NCBI GenBank assembly: GCA_044224875.1
Contig: JBGAJQ010000026.1
Span: forward strand, 1 to 61,785
Source: Gemmatimonadaceae bacterium
GTDB taxonomy: Bacteria; Gemmatimonadota; Gemmatimonadetes; Gemmatimonadales; Gemmatimonadaceae
Direction of reading: 5' to 3'
DNA length: 61,785 bases
Numbering within the stretch: the stretch's first letter is position 1; each line of letters starts with the position of its first letter. Positions 1 through 10,144 of this stretch are shown here, one piece after another. The notes under the pieces are model-generated. The model was not told the origin of the DNA and searched no databases. It saw only the letters and a program-made list of their open reading frames with translations. A program made the translations under genes and the position numbers.

Positions 1-183
1 GCGGCCTCCCGAGAGGCGGTGATGATGTTATGGGGGAGCGGGAAGCGCACGACGTTCGATCGCATTCACGCGGCCACGCGATATGATGCGTCGTGGCCAG
101 CGACATTGATTCATGAGTGCGCGCGTGGACGAGTGCTCGCAGATGCGGCGGCCGCGGTGAACGCGGCGCCCTCAGGTCGCTGA
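1..183 (+). CDS. C-terminal fragment of a glucosamine-6-phosphate deaminase / 6-phosphogluconolactonase family protein (5' truncated by window)
   Basis: Frame +1 is open from base 1 to TGA at 181-183. It reads AASREAVMMLWGSGKRTTFDRI...WPATLIHECARGRVLADAAAA, resembling the NagB-family C-terminus (AxEILLLAxGxxK...PAS.L...V.aD.AAA). Confidence 0.55.
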   Translation, partial: AASREAVMMLWGSGKRTTFDRIHAATRYDASWPATLIHECARGRVLADAAAAVNAAPSGR

Positions 184-310
184 GGTCACCCGCGGCACGG
201 AACGCCTGACGGAACGCCTGTCGGAGTGATGCTCCTCCAGCACCGTTAGCGCGCGAGGGGTAATTCCCTGGGGCCGCCGTTACGTCGAGGTGCTCATCGG
301 GCGATGCGCA

Positions 311-2824
311 TTACCCGATTCGCAGCGCCTCCACGGGGTTTACGCGAGAGGCCCGTCGGGCCGGGATCCAGCTTGCGGCGACGGCCACCGCCGACAGCAA
401 CAACACGATGCCGCCGTACGTGAGCGGATCCGTGGGAGCGATGTCGAAAAGCAGCGAACGCAGCACGCGAGTCAGGAGGAGCGCCGCCCCCAAGCCGAAC
501 GCCGTGCCGATTACCGTCAGCCACAACCCTTCGCCGACTACCAGACGCAGGACGCCGGAGCGATCGGCGCCGAGTGCCATGCGAATGCCGATTTCGCGCG
601 TACGCTGCAGGACGGCAAAGGACATCACGCCGTAGATGCCGATCACGGCAAGCGCCAACGCCGTGGCCCCGAACAGCGCGAAGAGAATGGCGGTCAGGCG
701 AGCCTGGGCGCTGGCGGCGGCAACCCGTGATTCCATGGTACGGACGTCGTAAGTCGGGTATCGCGGCGAGACTGCCGTCACCACGCGCTGGGCGGACGCG
801 GAGACCGATGTGGGCTCCACGGACGTGCGCAGCAACAACATCATGCTGGAGCGCGGCGACTGCTCATAGGAGATGTAGACATCGGGGACGGGGAGGGAAT
901 CGACCGTTCCATACCGCACGTCACCGGCCACACCAATCACGGTGGCACCATCGTGAAAGCCGCCCTGGTACACCGCCACACGACTCCCAATGGGATCCTC
1001 GTTCGGCCAGTACTTCCTGGCGGCGGCTTCGCTGATCACCACCACCTTCGGCGTGCCGACACGATCCGCGTTGGTGAAGAGTCGTCCGCGTTTCAACGGT
1101 ACGCGCATGGTGGAGAACCATGTGGGGGTCACGAAGTGCACGCCGATGCTGGGTTCGGTGCCCTGTGCTGGCTTCGGACGATCGGGAAAGGTGATGATCG
1201 TTCCGTTGCAGCCGCCATTGAGCGGCGGGCAATCGCCCAGTGCGACCTGCTGTACGCCTGGGATGGCACTCAGTCGTTCCAACAGCACCGCATAGAATCC
1301 CGGCATGGAGTCCCGCGGTACCTCCGTCGGCGAGATGGAGAGCCGCATGGTGAGCAGTTGACTCGGATCAAAGCCAGGGTCCACCTCCAGGCGATTCCTC
1401 AGGCTCCGCATCATGAGTCCCGCCCCCGCGAGGAGGACCAGGGCCATGGCGATTTCGGCGACCACGAGGAGGCGTCGGCTGGTGATTTGTCGGGAGCCGC
1501 CCAGCGCGCCGGTCCCTTCGCCGACCTGTCGCAGCTGGCCTTGCAGTGGGGCGTTCGTCGACTGCAACGCAGGCGCCAATCCAAACAGCATGCCGACGAC
1601 GACGGCGACGCCAAGGGTAAACGCGAGCGCCGGCACGTCCAAGCGGATGTCGGAGAACGAGACGAGTCCGAGTCCCGCGAGGTTCTGGGCTTGCAGCGTC
1701 GTCTGTGAGTTCGCCGCGGCGAGCGCCCGCGTGCCGATAGCGGCCACGGCAAGGGAGGCCACGCCGCCGACGAGGGCCACGAGCACGCTCTCCGTCAGCA
1801 GCAATCGGATGAGCCGTCCGCGTCCGGCGCCGATCGCCAAGCGCACGGCGATTTCGCGGCGGCGACTGGCCGAACGTCCGAGCAACAAGTTGGCGAGGTT
1901 GACGCAGGCGATGAGCAGGACGAAGCCGACCGCTCCCGTCAGGATGAACAGCGAGCGCCGGATCGTGGGTGCGACCCGTGTGGCGTCGAGCGCCCGGGCA
2001 CCGGCTCCCCAGGGGGCGCTGGTCCCGGAACCGATCTGGTTGGCGCCCATCGGTGTGGCCTCGTAGACGCGCCGGCCAAGGAGGACGGCCTCACTGCGCG
2101 CAGCCTCTATGGTGACGCCCGGTTTGAGTCGTGCCACGAGGGAGAACTGGAGTGACCACGGCTCGGCCAGGTCCTCGGGGTCGCGTGTGGCAATTGGTAC
2201 GAGCACCTCGGCGCGACCGGAGAGCCCCCGAAATGAGGGCGGGAGCACCCCCACGATGTCGTAGGGGTTGCCGAGAATGTCCACGGTGCGGCCGACGATC
2301 GCTGGGTCGCTGTTGTAGCGCCGCGACCAGAGCGCGTGGCTGATGATGACCATGCGTGGCGCGCCCCCGTGGGCGTCCGTGGCCGCAGGAAAATCCAGTC
2401 CATTGGCAAGCCTAACGCCGAGTGTTGCGAGGTAGCGTGCGCCGACGAGTTCGCCGTAGACGCGCTCGGACGCTCCGTCCGTCAACGTGTACTGGTCGTC
2501 CGCCCACAGCGCCATGTCGGTGTAACTGCGTTGCGCGTCTCGATAGATGATGAACTTCGGCCACGACCAGGGGGCATGCTGATCCGGGGGGCCTCCTTGG
2601 TCGCCGGGACCCGTCTGGTAGATGTCCATCAGTCGCTCCGGGGCGCGCAAGGGAAGCGGGCGGAGGATGAGGGCGTTGACGGCGGAAAAGATCGCGGTGT
2701 TGGCGCCGATGCCTACCGCGAGGGTGAGCACGGCGACCGTGGTGAACGCCGGCCGCTTGAGGAGTCCTCGCGCGGCGTATTTGGTGTCCTCGGCGATCTC
2801 GGAGAATCGTTCTCGCAGAGCCAT
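311..2824 (-). CDS. ABC transporter permease, duplicated MacB-PCD/FtsX (ADOP-type orphan permease)
   Basis: Motifs 'AVLTLAVGIGANTAIFSAVN', 'LLIACVNLANLLL...RRREIAVRLAIGAGR' and 'QRTREIGIRMALGA', ending 'WIPARRASRVNPVEALR'. Start set at ATG 2824; no ATPase gene is adjacent. Confidence 0.9.
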   Translation of the reverse strand: MALRERFSEIAEDTKYAARGLLKRPAFTTVAVLTLAVGIGANTAIFSAVNALILRPLPLRAPERLMDIYQTGPGDQGGPPDQHAPWSWPKFIIYRDAQRSYTDMALWADDQYTLTDGASERVYGELVGARYLATLGVRLANGLDFPAATDAHGGAPRMVIISHALWSRRYNSDPAIVGRTVDILGNPYDIVGVLPPSFRGLSGRAEVLVPIATRDPEDLAEPWSLQFSLVARLKPGVTIEAARSEAVLLGRRVYEATPMGANQIGSGTSAPWGAGARALDATRVAPTIRRSLFILTGAVGFVLLIACVNLANLLLGRSASRRREIAVRLAIGAGRGRLIRLLLTESVLVALVGGVASLAVAAIGTRALAAANSQTTLQAQNLAGLGLVSFSDIRLDVPALAFTLGVAVVVGMLFGLAPALQSTNAPLQGQLRQVGEGTGALGGSRQITSRRLLVVAEIAMALVLLAGAGLMMRSLRNRLEVDPGFDPSQLLTMRLSISPTEVPRDSMPGFYAVLLERLSAIPGVQQVALGDCPPLNGGCNGTIITFPDRPKPAQGTEPSIGVHFVTPTWFSTMRVPLKRGRLFTNADRVGTPKVVVISEAAARKYWPNEDPIGSRVAVYQGGFHDGATVIGVAGDVRYGTVDSLPVPDVYISYEQSPRSSMMLLLRTSVEPTSVSASAQRVVTAVSPRYPTYDVRTMESRVAAASAQARLTAILFALFGATALALAVIGIYGVMSFAVLQRTREIGIRMALGADRSGVLRLVVGEGLWLTVIGTAFGLGAALLLTRVLRSLLFDIAPTDPLTYGGIVLLLSAVAVAASWIPARRASRVNPVEALRIG

Positions 2825-3115
2825 GTAACACGCCTGTCGCTGACGGTTGAAGTGGCGGACAGTTCGCGTCGCGACTTCGGCGCCAATCACACCGTCGTAA
2901 CGCAGCCTGGCTGTCGGCTTAGACTCACCAGGGGAGCTGGCGGTTTACGTCGCTCCACACCGACATACGTCGTTTGGCTTCGCGGCGGGGACGGCATGAC
3001 ACAGCGCGCGGGCGTTCGAGGCTTCGCCCGGCGAAGCGACGCCCGTCCTGTGGCGGCAATCATCAAGTGCGTTCCAATACCACCCATGCATGCGTCCAAA
3101 GCCGGCCGCCGTCGC

Positions 3116-4342
3116 CTAATGGACGCCTTTGCTCCCCTCCGCCTTGCGTAACCCGTCAGTCGCCTGCTTGTACCCTGGCTTCAGCGCCATGGCGCGTTGA
3201 TAGGATGCTCGCGCGCTCGTCGTGTCCTGGCGAGCGAGTTGCAGGTCGCCTAACGACGCCATCGCGTGCGGGCTCGCAGGGTACAGCTCGGCGTTGAGCG
3301 CCAGTAGCGCCAACGCCTTGGTCGAGTCCCGCGACAAGGCAACTCGTCCGAGCATGTCCACCATGCTCTCCGGTGGCTTGACCTGGTACCCGAGCTGTGC
3401 AGATACCTTGGCAAAGTGCTCGGTGAGGTATGTGGGTCGGTCCAGGCTCATCAGCAGCCTCGACTTGTAACCATCGAAAATGAAGTGGAAAGCGTCGTAC
3501 TCGGCCATCATCGGTACCGAGCCATGGTCGTCATCGGCGTAATACTTGTACGCGTAGCGAACCCCGGAGCGATTGTACGCCTCGAGGATGCTGTTGAACT
3601 GCACGATCGACGCGTAGTGGACATTGGCCGTCGAGTCGTCGGCGTTGATGGTGTTCGCCTGTCCAACGAAGAGCGAGCGGCCCGCGGGTGCCGGCCGGGA
3701 GAAGGCGTCTTTCGCCTGCTTCAGCAGCAACCGGTCGTCCCACCAGAGACTCGGATCGATCGCCACGTAGGCATTGAACGTCTCGGGGATGGTGTACAGC
3801 GCCTGGATGGCGGTGATGCCGCCTAACGAATGTCCCACGAAGACCCGGAACGGGGCGGTCCGGTACGCGGAGTCGATGTGCGGAATCAGTTCCGTCTTGA
3901 GGAATTGGAGGAAGTTGGGCATTCCGCCGCTGGCGCCGAACGCCGGCGTTGGGGTGTTGTCCGGACCGCGCGTCGCGTGTGTGGGGGTGAGGTCCCTCAT
4001 GCGATTCGTGTTGGGAATCGCCACCACGAGCATCTCGGGCAGCACAAACGTCCCGTTCACCCCTGTGCCGAGGATCTGCAGCAATCCGGTGACGGAGTGA
4101 AAATGCGCGTCGCCGTCCAGCAGGTAGAGGACCGGGTACGCGCGCGGCAGATACGTGGTGTCCTGGTATGAGGGCGGTGTGTACACCAGGTACCGACGCT
4201 TCTCGTTGAGGATCTTGGACCAGAGCGTATCCGCACGCCCGATGGTGATGGCGCCAGGCGGAGTGGCGGGAGTGGCGGCTTGCGCCGAAAGCGCGCAGGG
4301 GGCGAGTAAGAGCGCGAGGCAGAACGTCCGTCGCATGTTCAT
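3116..4342 (-). CDS. Secreted alpha/beta-hydrolase esterase (IroE/Fes-like) with C-terminal TPR
   Basis: Signal peptide, 'YPVLYLLDGD', nucleophile motif GHSLGG, 'DDHGSVP', and a TPR-like tail (ASLGDLQLARQDTTSARASYQRAMALKP). Confidence 0.85.
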   Translation of the reverse strand: MNMRRTFCLALLLAPCALSAQAATPATPPGAITIGRADTLWSKILNEKRRYLVYTPPSYQDTTYLPRAYPVLYLLDGDAHFHSVTGLLQILGTGVNGTFVLPEMLVVAIPNTNRMRDLTPTHATRGPDNTPTPAFGASGGMPNFLQFLKTELIPHIDSAYRTAPFRVFVGHSLGGITAIQALYTIPETFNAYVAIDPSLWWDDRLLLKQAKDAFSRPAPAGRSLFVGQANTINADDSTANVHYASIVQFNSILEAYNRSGVRYAYKYYADDDHGSVPMMAEYDAFHFIFDGYKSRLLMSLDRPTYLTEHFAKVSAQLGYQVKPPESMVDMLGRVALSRDSTKALALLALNAELYPASPHAMASLGDLQLARQDTTSARASYQRAMALKPGYKQATDGLRKAEGSKGVH

Positions 4343-4525
4343 CGGGTTAGGAGTCGGGAACAGAATGCGCGCGTGATGGCGTGTTGTCTATCCGCTCGCC
4401 GCCGACGCGAGGCATGGCTCACCAGCTCCGCCATCGCGTCGGAGCGCGAGCAAGGACATCTCGACAGGGCTCGAACGGGTCGCAAGATTCGCAGGACCTC
4501 AACTCCCCCTGCAGGCGAGGACACC

Positions 4526-7500
4526 ATGCGCCACGCGGTTACCGCTTTCGGCCTCCTCCTCGTAGTAGGCGCGTCCGGGATGGACGCCCAGGTGAAATCC
4601 GATCCTCCCCGACGTTCCTTCCTGTTCAAGGATGCTCGTGGAGAACTCGCCGCGGCTCGGGCGCGCGGCGACACGAATGTCACCCTGGTCATCGCGTCCA
4701 TGCCCGGTGCCAACGCGCGCGCCGCCGCGCTCGTCACCCAACTTGGCGGCACCATTCGCTATCGCGACGACGACGTCGACTACCTGCGTGCCAGGGTGCC
4801 CGTGGAGAGCGTCGAGCGCATCGTCCGCGATCCCTTGGTGCACAGTGTGGACGTCTCCATGAGCCGAACGACTCGTGCCTTCGGGTTGGCGGACGCTGCC
4901 TCGAGTCCCCAGATGCCTAACGGTGCAACGTTGCCGAGTGTTGCGCCGTGGGCGGACACGACCAGGAAGGCCTGGCCTCCGCGGCTGCCGGAAACGCCGT
5001 TGGAGGAGCGCTACGATCCACTGTCAGACATGGGCGCGATCGAGTGGCGCAAGGCAAACCCGACGTACGATGGTCGCGGAACGACAATTGCCATCATCGA
5101 TCAGTCCCTCGATGCGTTGCTTCCCGAGTTGCAGGTGGCGACGACGATTGACGGAAAGCCGACACGCAAGATCATCGGCTACCAGACCGCCGTGGACATC
5201 GACGATGAAGACGATGGGCAGTGGCTGCGCATGAAGGACACCGTGAGCGCGCCCAGCGGAAACTTCACCTATGCGGCCCAGGCGTATACCGCACCGGCAC
5301 CGGGCACCTACCGCATCGCGCTCCTCGATGAAGCCGTCTTCGATTCCCTCAACCGTGCTGGGATCGAGAAGGATCTCAATCGTGACGGCAACCCGAAGGG
5401 ATCGAGCCGGTTGTTCGCGGTGTTGTGGAATGAAGCGACGAACGACGTGTGGGTGGACACGGATCAGGACAAGAACTTCAGCAACGAGAAGGCGTACACC
5501 GACTACGCGACGCGTCCCGAGTTCGGGGTCATTGGCAAGGACAACCCGGCGACGCCGGTGCGCGAGAGCGTGAGCTTTGCCGTGCAGATCGACAAGCCGC
5601 GCAGACTCGTGGCGCTCAACCTCGGTGTCGCCAGCCACGCCTCGCTGGTGGTTGGAGCTGCGGTGGCCAGCAAGGGAACGTCCGGCCGATTCAATGGTGT
5701 GGCGCCGGGGGCGCAGCTGGTCAACATGGCCGAGGGGGGCGCCGCCTACGGGCAGACGGAAGCGGTGATCCGCGCCATGAAGCATCCGGCGGTGGACGTC
5801 GTCTTCATGGAGCAGAGTTCGAACATCGCGCGCAACTACCTGCTCTTCGACGGTCGCTTGGTGCCAACGGTGATCTATGGACGCTTGATTGCGAAATACG
5901 GCAAGGCGCTGGTGATTCCCACACACAACTACGCCGTGTTGGCGGCGATCGACGACTATGCCTTGGCGCCCGGGGCGATTTCCGTCGGGGCGCACGAGAG
6001 CAAGGCGAACTTCATGGCCAATCACGGCGTGCGTGTGGAGCACGACGACAACCTGCTGGTGACCGGCGGGTACGGCCCGATGGGGAACGGCGCCCTGAAG
6101 CCGGACATCATCGCGCCTTCCAATTACGTGAGCACGGGACGCGGGTTCCTCGAAGGCACCGCCATCCCGGGATTGATGCAGCTGCCTCCCGGCTACAACA
6201 TCGCGGGAGGGACGTCGACCGCAACGCCGACCACCGCCGGGGCGGTCGCCCTGCTGGTGAGCGCGGCTCGTCAGGCAGGGGTGAAGGTCGACCCGTTTCG
6301 ACTGCGACAGGCACTCATGACGTCCGGCCGGTGGGTACCGCACCTGGAGGCGAACAAGCAGGGCAATGGCGTGGTGAGTATTGCCGGGGCCTGGGAAGCG
6401 CTCCGGGCGATGGACACAGCGTCCACGATCACGATCACCAGCAGTTCCACCGTGAAGCATGCCGTCAGCTCCCTGCTGGCGCGGCCCGATCAGGGCGTCG
6501 GCTTGTTCGAACGCGAGGGATGGAACGCCGGCGATCGCGGCGAGCGGACCGTGACGTTCACCCGCACCAGTGGGCCCAAGGGCCCCTTGACCTTCGCGTT
6601 AGGCTGGGCCGGAAACGATGGCACCTACGCGTCGCCGTCGTCCGTTACCCTGCCGCTCAACACGGCGGTACCGGTGTCAGTGACCGTTGCGCCCAAGACG
6701 ACCGGGGTGCATGCCGCCATCATCACCTTGGACACACCGGACCATCCGGGTGTTGAATATCGCACGATGGCGACCATCGTGGCCGCCGATACCCTTACCT
6801 TCGGCAACAGCTACAAGTCCGAGCGAAAGGTGGAGGTACCCAGGCCCGGCATGACACACCTGTACTATCGGGTGCCTAACGGGACGAGCGCCCTGCGACT
6901 CGATATCGACGCGTCGAAGCGGCGTGTGTCGGTGGCTGTCATGCGCCCAGATACACGGAACGTCACCGGACTTGGCAGCGGTTTTGGTCCACCGACCGGA
7001 CCGGCCAAGGCAACGTACGCCGTTCGGGATCCGATGCCCGGTGTCTGGGAGATTCGACTGCAGGACGTCGAGGACACGCGCACCTTCGATTGGGAACAGG
7101 CAAAGAAGACGGAGCCCGTGCCTCCCACACCGGTGACGGTCACCGTGACAGCGCTGGGCGCCGACGCGACCATTGCCACCGGAGACCCGAATGGGGTCAC
7201 GAGCGATGGGAACAGCCCGTTCGAGGTGCAGCTGACGAACAGGCTTGGCGCGTTTCCCGGCGCGTCAATGAGCACGCCAGCAGGGAGCGTGTATCGCGAT
7301 CGCCCCTCCCTGAAGGCGGCGGAGCAGAAGGTGTATGACATCGACGTGCCGCCAGGTTCGACGATGTTGATGGCGCGGGCCCGGAGCGCATCCGACGCCG
7401 CGGCCGACATAGATGTGTACCTGTTCGATTGTACGGGCAAGGAATGCGTGGCGTCTCGCGCCGATGGCGACATGCGGGGCGACGAGTCCGTCATGGTGTT

Positions 7501-7825
7501 GAACCCGACGGCAGGGAAGTGGAAGGTCGTGGTGGATGCCGCCGCGGCGGGCGCTAGCGGCGTGACCTTCGACTATGAGGATGTCGTGCTGAATCCCGCA
7601 TATGGGTTTGTTGGTGTCACCGATCAACCACAGGAACGCACTGCCGGCGCCACCTGGACGACCCGCGTGAACGCGTGGGTCGCGGGGAACATGCCCGTGG
7701 GACGAAGTCCCTACGCGGGAGTGCTGGTGCAGGCGCAGCCCAAGGGCGCCGATCCGTTCGTGGTGGCAATTCGGGAGTTGAAAGGAAACGTGACGCGCGC
7801 ATCGGGTTCTTCCGAGCGCCACTGA
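4526..7825 (+). CDS. Secreted S8 (subtilisin / tripeptidyl-peptidase-II-like) serine peptidase with C-terminal beta-sandwich domains
   Basis: GAGGA RBS before ATG 4526 and a signal peptide. Motifs 'NPTYDGRGTTIAIID' (Asp), 'SHASLVVG' (His), 'GALKPDIIAP' and 'GGTSTATP' (Ser). Confidence 0.85.
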   Translation: MRHAVTAFGLLLVVGASGMDAQVKSDPPRRSFLFKDARGELAAARARGDTNVTLVIASMPGANARAAALVTQLGGTIRYRDDDVDYLRARVPVESVERIVRDPLVHSVDVSMSRTTRAFGLADAASSPQMPNGATLPSVAPWADTTRKAWPPRLPETPLEERYDPLSDMGAIEWRKANPTYDGRGTTIAIIDQSLDALLPELQVATTIDGKPTRKIIGYQTAVDIDDEDDGQWLRMKDTVSAPSGNFTYAAQAYTAPAPGTYRIALLDEAVFDSLNRAGIEKDLNRDGNPKGSSRLFAVLWNEATNDVWVDTDQDKNFSNEKAYTDYATRPEFGVIGKDNPATPVRESVSFAVQIDKPRRLVALNLGVASHASLVVGAAVASKGTSGRFNGVAPGAQLVNMAEGGAAYGQTEAVIRAMKHPAVDVVFMEQSSNIARNYLLFDGRLVPTVIYGRLIAKYGKALVIPTHNYAVLAAIDDYALAPGAISVGAHESKANFMANHGVRVEHDDNLLVTGGYGPMGNGALKPDIIAPSNYVSTGRGFLEGTAIPGLMQLPPGYNIAGGTSTATPTTAGAVALLVSAARQAGVKVDPFRLRQALMTSGRWVPHLEANKQGNGVVSIAGAWEALRAMDTASTITITSSSTVKHAVSSLLARPDQGVGLFEREGWNAGDRGERTVTFTRTSGPKGPLTFALGWAGNDGTYASPSSVTLPLNTAVPVSVTVAPKTTGVHAAIITLDTPDHPGVEYRTMATIVAADTLTFGNSYKSERKVEVPRPGMTHLYYRVPNGTSALRLDIDASKRRVSVAVMRPDTRNVTGLGSGFGPPTGPAKATYAVRDPMPGVWEIRLQDVEDTRTFDWEQAKKTEPVPPTPVTVTVTALGADATIATGDPNGVTSDGNSPFEVQLTNRLGAFPGASMSTPAGSVYRDRPSLKAAEQKVYDIDVPPGSTMLMARARSASDAAADIDVYLFDCTGKECVASRADGDMRGDESVMVLNPTAGKWKVVVDAAAAGASGVTFDYEDVVLNPAYGFVGVTDQPQERTAGATWTTRVNAWVAGNMPVGRSPYAGVLVQAQPKGADPFVVAIRELKGNVTRASGSSERH

Positions 7826-7828
7826 TCG

Positions 7829-7874
7829 GTCGAGGCGGCGGAGCCGTGGAGATCCTCGCGGCTCCGCCCTCGAC
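7829..7874. terminator. GC-rich inverted repeat after the S8 gene (terminator or mRNA-stabilising hairpin)
   Basis: GGCGGAGCCG (7837-7846) pairs with CGGCTCCGCC (7859-7868), extended by GTCGAG/CTCGAC; no U-tract. Confidence 0.45.
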
Positions 7875-8003
7875 GGCCGGGCGATGTCGGGGCATTGAGT
7901 CGAAACCGCCGACTCTTCGGCAGGATGGCATTCGCGCCGCCGCCAGTGCCGCGATCCAGCGCTTGAGTGCGTTATTTCATCGTCTTCTTCCTGTGAGCCA
8001 CGC

Positions 8004-10043
8004 ATGATTCGCGCATCTGTCTGTCTGAGTTTGGTCATCCTACCAGTGCTGGCCGGCGCTCAACGAGCGCCGCAGTGGCCCGATCGAGCGGTGCGCCGCG
8101 ACATCCCCATCACCAACGCCATCCGTCGCGCCTTCGCCGCCGGGACCCGGGACTCGACCGGTCGTCCCGGGCGCAACTACTGGCAATTGCGCACCGACTA
8201 CACGATCGAGGCGAGGCTGGATCCGTCCACCTCCCGCATCAGCGGTCGCGAATCTGTCGTCATCTACAACGGGAGTCCCGACACGCTCAAGCAGATCGGT
8301 CTTCGCCTGGATCCCAATCACTTCCTGTTTGCGAGTCCACGCGCGTTGCCCTGGATACCGGCCGAAGAGACCGACGGGATGGTGATCTCACGCTTGGTGG
8401 TCGATGGCTTGGCGGCCGACCTGAGTGTACCGGGGGGTGGCGCACCGGCTGCCACGCCGCCAGCTACACCAACGCTCGCCAACCCGCGGTCCACGGTAGC
8501 CCGGGTGAACGTTCCCCACTGGGTGCTGCCCAAGGGATCGACGACCATCGACATCGAATGGAGCTTCAAGGTCCCGGGCGGGCCAGGCCAGGGGCATCGC
8601 ATGACGATGCGGTGGGGGGACACGCTGTACCAGCCGACGCAGTGGTATCCGCGCGTGCAGGTGTACGACGATCTGCGCGGCTGGGATCCCGAGGTGTACC
8701 TGGGTCCGTCCGAGTTCTACAACAACTTCGGCCGGTTCGACGTGAAGATCGACGTCCCGGCGGGCTGGATCGTGAGCGGGACCGGTGTGTTGCAGAATCC
8801 GGCCGACGTACTCACGGCAACGGCTCGGGAACGCTTGCGCCACGTGCTCGAGTCGGACAGCGTGGTGACGATCGTTGGCCCTGACGAGGAAGGGCCCGGG
8901 AAGGCGACGATGCCCGGCGAACGGTTGGTCTGGCACTTTGTTGCCGATACGGTCAATGACTTTGCCTGGGCCACAGCACGCCACTACGTGTACAAGGCGA
9001 CACGAGCGACGATTCCCGGGCGCGGGCCGGTGCCGGTCCACATCGTGCACCTGCCGGGCCGCGCCAGCGCCTATGCCAACGCCGGACGACTCGCCCGGCA
9101 TGCGCTCGAGTACTACTCGACCCTCTGGTTCCCGTATCCGTTCCCGCAGCTCACGCTCCAGGATGGACCGAGTGCCGGCATGGAGTACCCGATGGTCATC
9201 AACTCCAATCAGGGCGCCGCCGACCACGAAACGGGGCACCAATGGTGGCCGATGACCGTCAGTAACAACGAGACCTGGTACGGATGGATGGACGAGGGAT
9301 TCAACCAGTACATGAATATCCTGTCCGCGGCCGACCGGGACGGCAAACCCGCCAACTTCGATGGGCTGGGGCAATCCTACGGGCGCACCAGCGGCAACGA
9401 GTCCGAACCGGCGATGATGTGGAACGCGAACTACGACGGTCCGGGCTTCTACGGCTTCACCACTTACACCAAGACGCCGCTGATGCTGTCGATGCTGGGT
9501 GGCATCGTCGGCGACAGCGCCGTGCAGCGGGCACATCGCGAGTGGGGCAGGACGTGGATGTTCAAGCACCCCTCGCCGTGGGACTACATGTTCTTCATGA
9601 ATCACGCGCTCAAGCGTGATCTCGGGTGGTTCTGGTACTACTGGCTGTTCACGACGGAGAGCGTGGACGGGTCCATCCAATCGGTCAAGACGAACGGTGG
9701 ACGAACACTCGTGACCGTTCGGCAGGATGGCCAGATGCCCGCTCCCGTCGTCCTGCGCCTGCAGTTTGAGCCGACGGGGCCGGCCATTCGATCGATCCCG
9801 CAGGCCCGGATGCTGGACAGCGTAACGGCGCTGGTGACGTACCCGGTCGACGTCTGGTTTGGCGGGAACCGCACCTACGTGGCCACCCTCGATGTTGGCC
9901 GTCGCAAGATCATGCGCATCACCCTGGACCCAGGATGTCGATTCCCGGATCGTGATCCGAGCGACAATGTGTGGCCACGGGCGGCTACAGCGACACCGGC
10001 ACCGCCGGCCTCGCCGGCACGCAACACAGGATGTGCGCCTTGA
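8004..10043 (+). CDS. Secreted M1 family zinc metallopeptidase (aminopeptidase)
   Basis: Signal peptide, exopeptidase motif 'AGMEYP', HExxH as 'HETGHQWW', and downstream Glu in 'WMDEGFNQY'. Confidence 0.9.
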   Translation: MIRASVCLSLVILPVLAGAQRAPQWPDRAVRRDIPITNAIRRAFAAGTRDSTGRPGRNYWQLRTDYTIEARLDPSTSRISGRESVVIYNGSPDTLKQIGLRLDPNHFLFASPRALPWIPAEETDGMVISRLVVDGLAADLSVPGGGAPAATPPATPTLANPRSTVARVNVPHWVLPKGSTTIDIEWSFKVPGGPGQGHRMTMRWGDTLYQPTQWYPRVQVYDDLRGWDPEVYLGPSEFYNNFGRFDVKIDVPAGWIVSGTGVLQNPADVLTATARERLRHVLESDSVVTIVGPDEEGPGKATMPGERLVWHFVADTVNDFAWATARHYVYKATRATIPGRGPVPVHIVHLPGRASAYANAGRLARHALEYYSTLWFPYPFPQLTLQDGPSAGMEYPMVINSNQGAADHETGHQWWPMTVSNNETWYGWMDEGFNQYMNILSAADRDGKPANFDGLGQSYGRTSGNESEPAMMWNANYDGPGFYGFTTYTKTPLMLSMLGGIVGDSAVQRAHREWGRTWMFKHPSPWDYMFFMNHALKRDLGWFWYYWLFTTESVDGSIQSVKTNGGRTLVTVRQDGQMPAPVVLRLQFEPTGPAIRSIPQARMLDSVTALVTYPVDVWFGGNRTYVATLDVGRRKIMRITLDPGCRFPDRDPSDNVWPRAATATPAPPASPARNTGCAP

Positions 10044-10088
10044 GGGCTCGCCGGCGACTCACTCCACGCTGACCGGGCGGCGCCTGTT

Positions 10089-10130
10089 GCGGGAAATGGG
10101 GAGACCGGTGCGGTGCTCCCCACTTCTCGC
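10089..10130. terminator. Hairpin between convergent genes, probable bidirectional terminator
   Basis: GCGGGAA-A-TGGGGAG-ACCG pairs with CGGT-G-CTCCCCA-C-TTCTCGC, located between the stops at 10043 (+) and 10145 (-). Confidence 0.5.
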
Positions 10131-10144
10131 TCCCGCCCTTGCCC

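Noticed and set aside
197..220. 12-bp tandem duplication ACGGAACGCCTG x2 in an intergenic region
   Set aside because: Only two units, between convergent gene ends, with no further copies seen; probably slippage.
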